This document shows, one piece after another, positions 59,201 to 64,000 of a DNA stretch of 64,000 bases. A program made the translations under genes and the position numbers. Position 1 is the stretch's first letter. Every line of letters starts with the position of its first letter. The notes beneath the pieces are model-generated. The model was not told the DNA's origin and did no database searches. It was given only the letters and a program-made list of their open reading frames with translations. Source of the stretch: Candidatus Hydrogenedentota bacterium (lineage in GTDB: Bacteria > Hydrogenedentota > Hydrogenedentia > Hydrogenedentales > SLHB01); the NCBI GenBank assembly GCA_963668025.2, contig CAXXTH010000018.1, forward strand, positions 288,001 through 352,000. The letters are read 5' to 3'.

Positions 59201-59250
59201 GAATTTATTTTCGGCGAAGCTTATCACGGGCGCTATTTTGTTTCAAGCCG

Positions 59251-60414
59251 TTATCGCAAGCCAACTTGCGCAGCTTCATACAGCGCCTGCACCTGTTTTG
59301 AATCCAGTTCGCCCACTTGATTGCGGAATCGGTAGGGGTCCGCCGCCACCTCATCTGCAAACCCCGGCAACAAACGTCCGTCAACGCCAGAATCTTTTGC
59401 GGCGGGCGATACGCCGCAATCCGACAGTATCGCATGCAGCGCTTCTCCGATGGCGGCGCGGGCGGATTCCGGTTCCGGCGCGCATGGAAACCCAAGCGCC
59501 TCGGCCAAAGCGGCCACTTTGCCGGGAATATGCCGCGCGTTGAACTGGAAAAGCGGCGTCAGCAACAAGGCATTGGCCAAGCCATGGGGAATTCCACAAC
59601 GCGTCGTGTATAAATACCCCATGCCATGCACGAGCGTGGTGCCGCTCTGGGCGATGATGCATCCAGAGAGCATTGCCGCATGAAGCATGTACGTGCGGGC
59701 TTCCGCATCTCCGCCATCGGCCACGGCCACCGGCAGCCAGCGCCGGATGATGCGGCAGGCCTCAAGGGCCATCAGGTCTCCCACGGGGGTGGGATGGCGC
59801 GACGCCATACCTTCCATAGCCTGGCTCAAGGCGTCAAGGCCGGTGTTGGCCGTCACCGAACGAGGCATGCTGCGCGCTAAAAGGGGATCCAGCAGCGCCA
59901 CACGAGGAAATAGGCATTGCATGCGGATCGAACGTTTAGCCCCCGTGGCGCTATCAATAATCACCGAATAGGGCGTCACTTCACTGCCCGTGCCGGAGGT
60001 CGTCGGGATGGCGATAATCGGCAGTGCGCCGTTCACAAACCGCTCCCGGCTAAAATAATCCGCGCATGCGCCCGGATTTAAAGCAAGGCCCGCCACCGCC
60101 TTGGCCACATCCATGGGACTGCCGCCGCCAATCGCCACCAGCATATCGCACCCGGCGTTACGGCATAACGCCGCCGCGCGGTCGCATGTGGCGTCACAAG
60201 GATTCTCCTCGACTGCGTCGAAAACTTCCGCACCAGGATATTGGGCCAGCACACGCTCTAGAGCGCCGCTGGCTCGAGCGCTATGCCGCCCCGTGATAAC
60301 GAGCGGCTTCCGCCCCAAAGAGCAGCCAAATTCACGCAAGCGATTTAGGCAATCCGCCTCGAGCACCACCTCCGTGGGCATGCTCCAGCGATAAGGGTAG
60401 CATTCAGTCGTCAT
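59251..60414 (-). CDS. Iron-containing alcohol dehydrogenase
   Basis: GGGSPMDVAK, IPTTSGTGSE, D, H and PHG metal ligands (one His appears replaced by Leu). Confidence 0.9.
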   Translation of the reverse strand: MTTECYPYRWSMPTEVVLEADCLNRLREFGCSLGRKPLVITGRHSARASGALERVLAQYPGAEVFDAVEENPCDATCDRAAALCRNAGCDMLVAIGGGSPMDVAKAVAGLALNPGACADYFSRERFVNGALPIIAIPTTSGTGSEVTPYSVIIDSATGAKRSIRMQCLFPRVALLDPLLARSMPRSVTANTGLDALSQAMEGMASRHPTPVGDLMALEACRIIRRWLPVAVADGGDAEARTYMLHAAMLSGCIIAQSGTTLVHGMGYLYTTRCGIPHGLANALLLTPLFQFNARHIPGKVAALAEALGFPCAPEPESARAAIGEALHAILSDCGVSPAAKDSGVDGRLLPGFADEVAADPYRFRNQVGELDSKQVQALYEAAQVGLR

Positions 60415-60787
60415 CAAGATGCTTATCAATCCATTTGCTGACGGCGCGTTTTTCCTTATACACCTTGGCGATACGGTGGCGCGCCTTATCCGCCGCTTCC
60501 GTTCCAGGCTCCTGGTCCACGATCTTTTGCCAATACGTCACGGCTTCCTGGGTTCGTCCTTGCTTATACAATGCCTGGCCAAGATCCGAATACGCCCGCG
60601 TGTATGTGCTATCTAGCAAGAGAGCTTGACGGAAATGCTTTTCCGCCAGCTCATATTCCCCAGCGTCATATGACTGCCTGCCCTTTTTGATATGCGCCTG
60701 CGCATCAGCATGCTCATCATTGCTGGCCGCCTTCTTTTTGCCGCCGAGCAAGCGTCCAAAGATTCCCTTGATTATTCTGCCCACCAT
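60404..60787 (-). CDS. Small TPR protein
   Basis: Two to three TPRs (AYSDLGQALYKQGR). Confidence 0.8.
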   Translation of the reverse strand: MVGRIIKGIFGRLLGGKKKAASNDEHADAQAHIKKGRQSYDAGEYELAEKHFRQALLLDSTYTRAYSDLGQALYKQGRTQEAVTYWQKIVDQEPGTEAADKARHRIAKVYKEKRAVSKWIDKHLDDD

Positions 60788-60871
60788 ATCGGTAACCTTA
60801 TTTTCCCCCAAACACATGACGTTAGGAAACGATATAAAGAATTATATCTCCCCTTGAAGCCCTCTCGCAAT

Positions 60872-60901
60872 GAGCACGGCTCGTAGGAGCACGGCTCGTA
60901 G
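60872..60901. repeat. 15-bp tandem duplication
   Basis: GAGCACGGCTCGTAG x2. Confidence 0.7.
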
Positions 60902-61079
60902 GTATTCCGCTAAAGCGAAACTCACCCGCTTTCCCCACAAACGCGCACCTGCGGCTTTAATAGGGACGAGCCGGAATCTCCGCGCTTCGGCCCGTGTTTG
61001 CGTGGCAAGAAGAGTTGTGGTGAAATAGACGCTGCCCGGAGCATAGAGCGGGCGCTATCCAACATGAGGAGAAAATAGC

Positions 61080-61457
61080 ATGACAGCGCTACCAGAAAAA
61101 TTTGCTGAGGCATGGGAAGAAAAATTGCCCGAGGTGGTGCTGGCCACTTCGGGTGCAAATGGCATCCCAGAAGCCGTATATGTATCATGCATCAAGCGGT
61201 ATGGCGATGAAAAAATCGTCATCGCAGACAACTATTTCCACAAAACCCGCGCCAATATCCTCGGCGGCAGCGGCGGCGCGCTGTTGTTCATGACGATAAA
61301 AGGCGAAGCCTATCAAGTAAAAGGCGAATTTGAATATATAACAGAAGGCCCTATATATGAAGACATGAAAACATGGCTCGATCCCCAATATCCCGGCGTA
61401 GCCGCCGTGGTGCTTCATGTATCGGAAGTATACAATGGCTCTGAACGTGTTCTCTGA
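61080..61457 (+). CDS. Pyridoxamine 5'-phosphate oxidase-like FMN-binding protein
   Basis: VLATS..G.P, IADNYFHKTRANI, YQVKG. Confidence 0.85.
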   Translation: MTALPEKFAEAWEEKLPEVVLATSGANGIPEAVYVSCIKRYGDEKIVIADNYFHKTRANILGGSGGALLFMTIKGEAYQVKGEFEYITEGPIYEDMKTWLDPQYPGVAAVVLHVSEVYNGSERVL

Positions 61458-61467
61458 GCATGCCGCG

Positions 61468-62952
61468 ATGGTTCTTACCCCATCTCCTGAAAGGCGGTTC
61501 GTTGTGTTTGCAGCAATATGGCGTTTTACGCTCGTGGCGGCCTTGTTCGCCTCGGCGGCCCATGCGGCGATAGAAGAAAAACAGCTTGGCCTGATGAAAC
61601 AAGCCTTCTCCATTCTTTCCTCGGAAGAAAGCCTGCAAGCCGCAGCCTATCTCAACGGCTTGTTGAAAGATACTTCTTTGAAAGACAAAGACTGGCAGAC
61701 CTTTTTCACGGATGGCTTCGAGCCCGCGTGGTATACGCAGACCCTCGAACGGTATTGGGAATATGCCATTACGAGCGCGGGTGAAGGCCAGGAACACGCC
61801 ACATCGATTTCCGTGCTATGTTCGGCGGCGTCCGCCGGACGCGCCCTCGCATACAATGGCATCGCAGGCCAAAGCGCCCCGGGCAGCGTAGCCGATTTAG
61901 CCTTGGCCCGATTGCAACTACTGTCGCCTCGCTTGCGGCCGCAAGATCGCACGGCCGTGCTGGCGCTTCTCGAAGAAACCATGGCGAAAACCACTGAACC
62001 GATCTTTCCCGAGCCTGAAAGCGGGGCTGATGAAAACCGGATGGCCCTGCGCCTGGCCCTGCTCGCGGGCATCTATACCGCCGACGCGGCAGGCGGACAG
62101 GCCCGAGTCAGCAGCCTGTTGCATCTCCCGCCCCGGTATAGCGATTTCTGGCAAAAACACGCGCTTTTTTTATTCGATAATGGCGCTTTAGCAGATGAAC
62201 AAGTGGAAAGCTTGGACATGCTTCTGAGCGTCATCCCGGTGGAATTGCACCGTATAGTGGCCGTGATTGTCCCGGAGGCTACCGGCATCAACAGCCAAGA
62301 GCCTGGCGTCCAGACGCCCGGACAGCTTGTTTTTATCCCAGCCATTCCACTCAGCCAAACCACGAATGCAGCGGAATTCACCGCCCGCTCGGGCCAGCCC
62401 GTGGCCTCTGATTTCACCGTTTTCGCGGCGCAACAAATCAGCCGCGCCATTCAAGCAGAACAACTCGAGCGCCGGCCCGGCCTTGCGGTGCAACGCGACT
62501 GGCTGCTGAGGCGCGCGGGCTCCCAGCAAGATCGATACCTCCGCAAGACGGTTCCCGCTGCGTTTTTCCAGCAAAATCCGGATGAACTGCTCCCTTCCAT
62601 CGCCGTTTTATGGTTTATCGACACCCGCGCCACGTTCAAAATGGCGAAGGATCTGCTGGATATCGGCGTCGGCGACCCCATGGACACCTTTATGCTCGTA
62701 GCGGATTTGTTCTCCGACGGGAGCGACACTACGCCCATTTTTAAGACCGACACGGAAGGGCGCGTTATCATGAACCGCGCGCCATTATCCCGCATCGCAC
62801 TCGAACGCGTCGCCATGCCGCCTCCCTCGGACAACCAGCTCGAAGTCATCCAACAAAGCCTGACATTCGCTTCCTCAATCGCTTTTGACGGCCGTTCGTG
62901 GAATTTCAAACTCAACAGCAAGGGAAGCATCACGGGGCTGATTTCCCGGTAA
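61468..62952 (+). CDS. Secreted hypothetical protein
   Basis: Long ORF, signal peptide ending AHA; start uncertain. Confidence 0.65.
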   Translation: MVLTPSPERRFVVFAAIWRFTLVAALFASAAHAAIEEKQLGLMKQAFSILSSEESLQAAAYLNGLLKDTSLKDKDWQTFFTDGFEPAWYTQTLERYWEYAITSAGEGQEHATSISVLCSAASAGRALAYNGIAGQSAPGSVADLALARLQLLSPRLRPQDRTAVLALLEETMAKTTEPIFPEPESGADENRMALRLALLAGIYTADAAGGQARVSSLLHLPPRYSDFWQKHALFLFDNGALADEQVESLDMLLSVIPVELHRIVAVIVPEATGINSQEPGVQTPGQLVFIPAIPLSQTTNAAEFTARSGQPVASDFTVFAAQQISRAIQAEQLERRPGLAVQRDWLLRRAGSQQDRYLRKTVPAAFFQQNPDELLPSIAVLWFIDTRATFKMAKDLLDIGVGDPMDTFMLVADLFSDGSDTTPIFKTDTEGRVIMNRAPLSRIALERVAMPPPSDNQLEVIQQSLTFASSIAFDGRSWNFKLNSKGSITGLISR

Positions 62953-62957
62953 ACGGC

Positions 62958-62983
62958 TCAGGGGCGGACACGTCCGCCCCTGA
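62958..62983. terminator. Hairpin between convergent genes
   Basis: TCAGGGGCGGAC-AC-GTCCGCCCCTGA. Confidence 0.6.
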
Positions 62984-63000
62984 GATCAAGATATGGCAGT

Positions 63001-64000
63001 CTAAGCTTTCTTAACCCGCCGGATACGGCGCGGACGCGTTTGTTTAGGTAGAAAGTCCCGCTGCACATCCAGCGCTAGAACAGATACATCATCCTTGAAA
63101 CGCGCGCCGCCGCACCAATCCTTAACCCGTTGCATGGTTCCAGAGAGGGTGTCTTCGATGCTCTCATCGCGGTAATCCATCAGCGTGCGGATCGCCCGCT
63201 CCTCACCGAAGAGCTTGCGTTGGCGGTTCATGGCGTCCGTAAGGCCGTCTGAATAGATCAGCAAGCGATCACCCCCCCGCAACTGGATGACTTGTTCCGT
63301 ATAGGGCTCCTGCGAAATACCGATGGGGAAGCCCGAGCCCTTCAATGGCCCTGCTTGCCCATCCTCATTCAACAGTAAGGGCGGGGGATGGCCCGCGATC
63401 ACATAGCGCAGCTTGCCGGTCTTTGTGTTCAAGATGCTATAGAACAGCGTGAAAAATTGGCCGCGATTGGCATCCCACGCGAACCGCTGGTTCAACTGGT
63501 TGGCCACTTCCGCCGGAGGCACAATGCGCCTCGCGGACGTATCGCTCTGATGCAGCACCAGCGAAGTGGGGCTGAACGATGGCGACAAGAACCGCCGCAC
63601 GGTCACGGACAGCAGCGCGGCGGCCACGCCATGGCCGCACACATCCAGCACATACGCGCCGATGTGGTCGTGATCGAGCCGGAACACATTCAGAATATCG
63701 CCAGCCAGCTCATCACAAGGTTCTAAACGCCATGCGAAAGAGCCCCAAGCGAACCGAGGCATCTTCGTCGGCAGCAAGGCCTTCTGCACTTCCGCCGCGG
63801 CATCCAAGTTCCGTTTCATGCGCTTATTGGTGGCTTGCAATTGGTCGCGCGCGGCGCGCAGACGGTCTTCCGTGCGTTTAATCGCCGTAATATCCGAATG
63901 AACCGCTACGAAATGCGTCAACCGGCCTTGTTCATCCCGAACCGGCGTCACGGAAACGCGGTTCCAGAATGGGGTGCCATCTTTGCGGTAGTGCAGCATC
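63001..64000 (-). CDS. PAS/PAC + SpoIIE (RsbU-like PP2C) phosphatase, 5' truncated
   Basis: YRKDGTPFWN PAC; GD, DVCGHG, AGHPP, YSDG, DD motifs. Confidence 0.92.
   Translation of the reverse strand, partial: MLHYRKDGTPFWNRVSVTPVRDEQGRLTHFVAVHSDITAIKRTEDRLRAARDQLQATNKRMKRNLDAAAEVQKALLPTKMPRFAWGSFAWRLEPCDELAGDILNVFRLDHDHIGAYVLDVCGHGVAAALLSVTVRRFLSPSFSPTSLVLHQSDTSARRIVPPAEVANQLNQRFAWDANRGQFFTLFYSILNTKTGKLRYVIAGHPPPLLLNEDGQAGPLKGSGFPIGISQEPYTEQVIQLRGGDRLLIYSDGLTDAMNRQRKLFGEERAIRTLMDYRDESIEDTLSGTMQRVKDWCGGARFKDDVSVLALDVQRDFLPKQTRPRRIRRVKKA

Noticed and set aside
60900-61075. Cobalamin riboswitch or other ncRNA in the intergenic region
   Set aside because: Only a partial AATAGGGA resemblance; B12-box and other core elements not found (an Rfam scan would settle it)

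Overview
64 kb of GC-rich, diderm, flagellated bacterial chromosome. Alginate-export porin, DUF4838 pair and a zinc-ribbon/pilin-like protein resemble Hydrogenedentes/PVC-type genomes (inference only). Left to right: SNF2-SWIM pair; a sigma54 flagellar-type two-component operon headed by a membrane TPR protein with about 12 FliM-like LxQxxLDAL motifs; envelope genes. Then a 16-kb co-directional minus-strand cluster: a PspA/ESCRT-III-like + SBP-OmpA + ABC transporter + AAA+ ATPase module interleaved with a putative type II R-M pair, a hairpin-flanked GxxExxY gene and a type I-like R-M system (HsdR, four-helix bundle, fused M-S). Then amtB, a MITE, two IS200 copies and tRNA-Asp. Next to the tRNA is a stack of three IS whose insertion order can be read from target-site duplications (TSDs). 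The right end holds tandem DUF4838 genes, an IS-disrupted anti-phage dCTP deaminase, flgM with a sigma28 promoter, and a partial PAS-PP2C gene. No CRISPR array or rRNA was seen. All family calls come from motif recognition by eye, not database searches.
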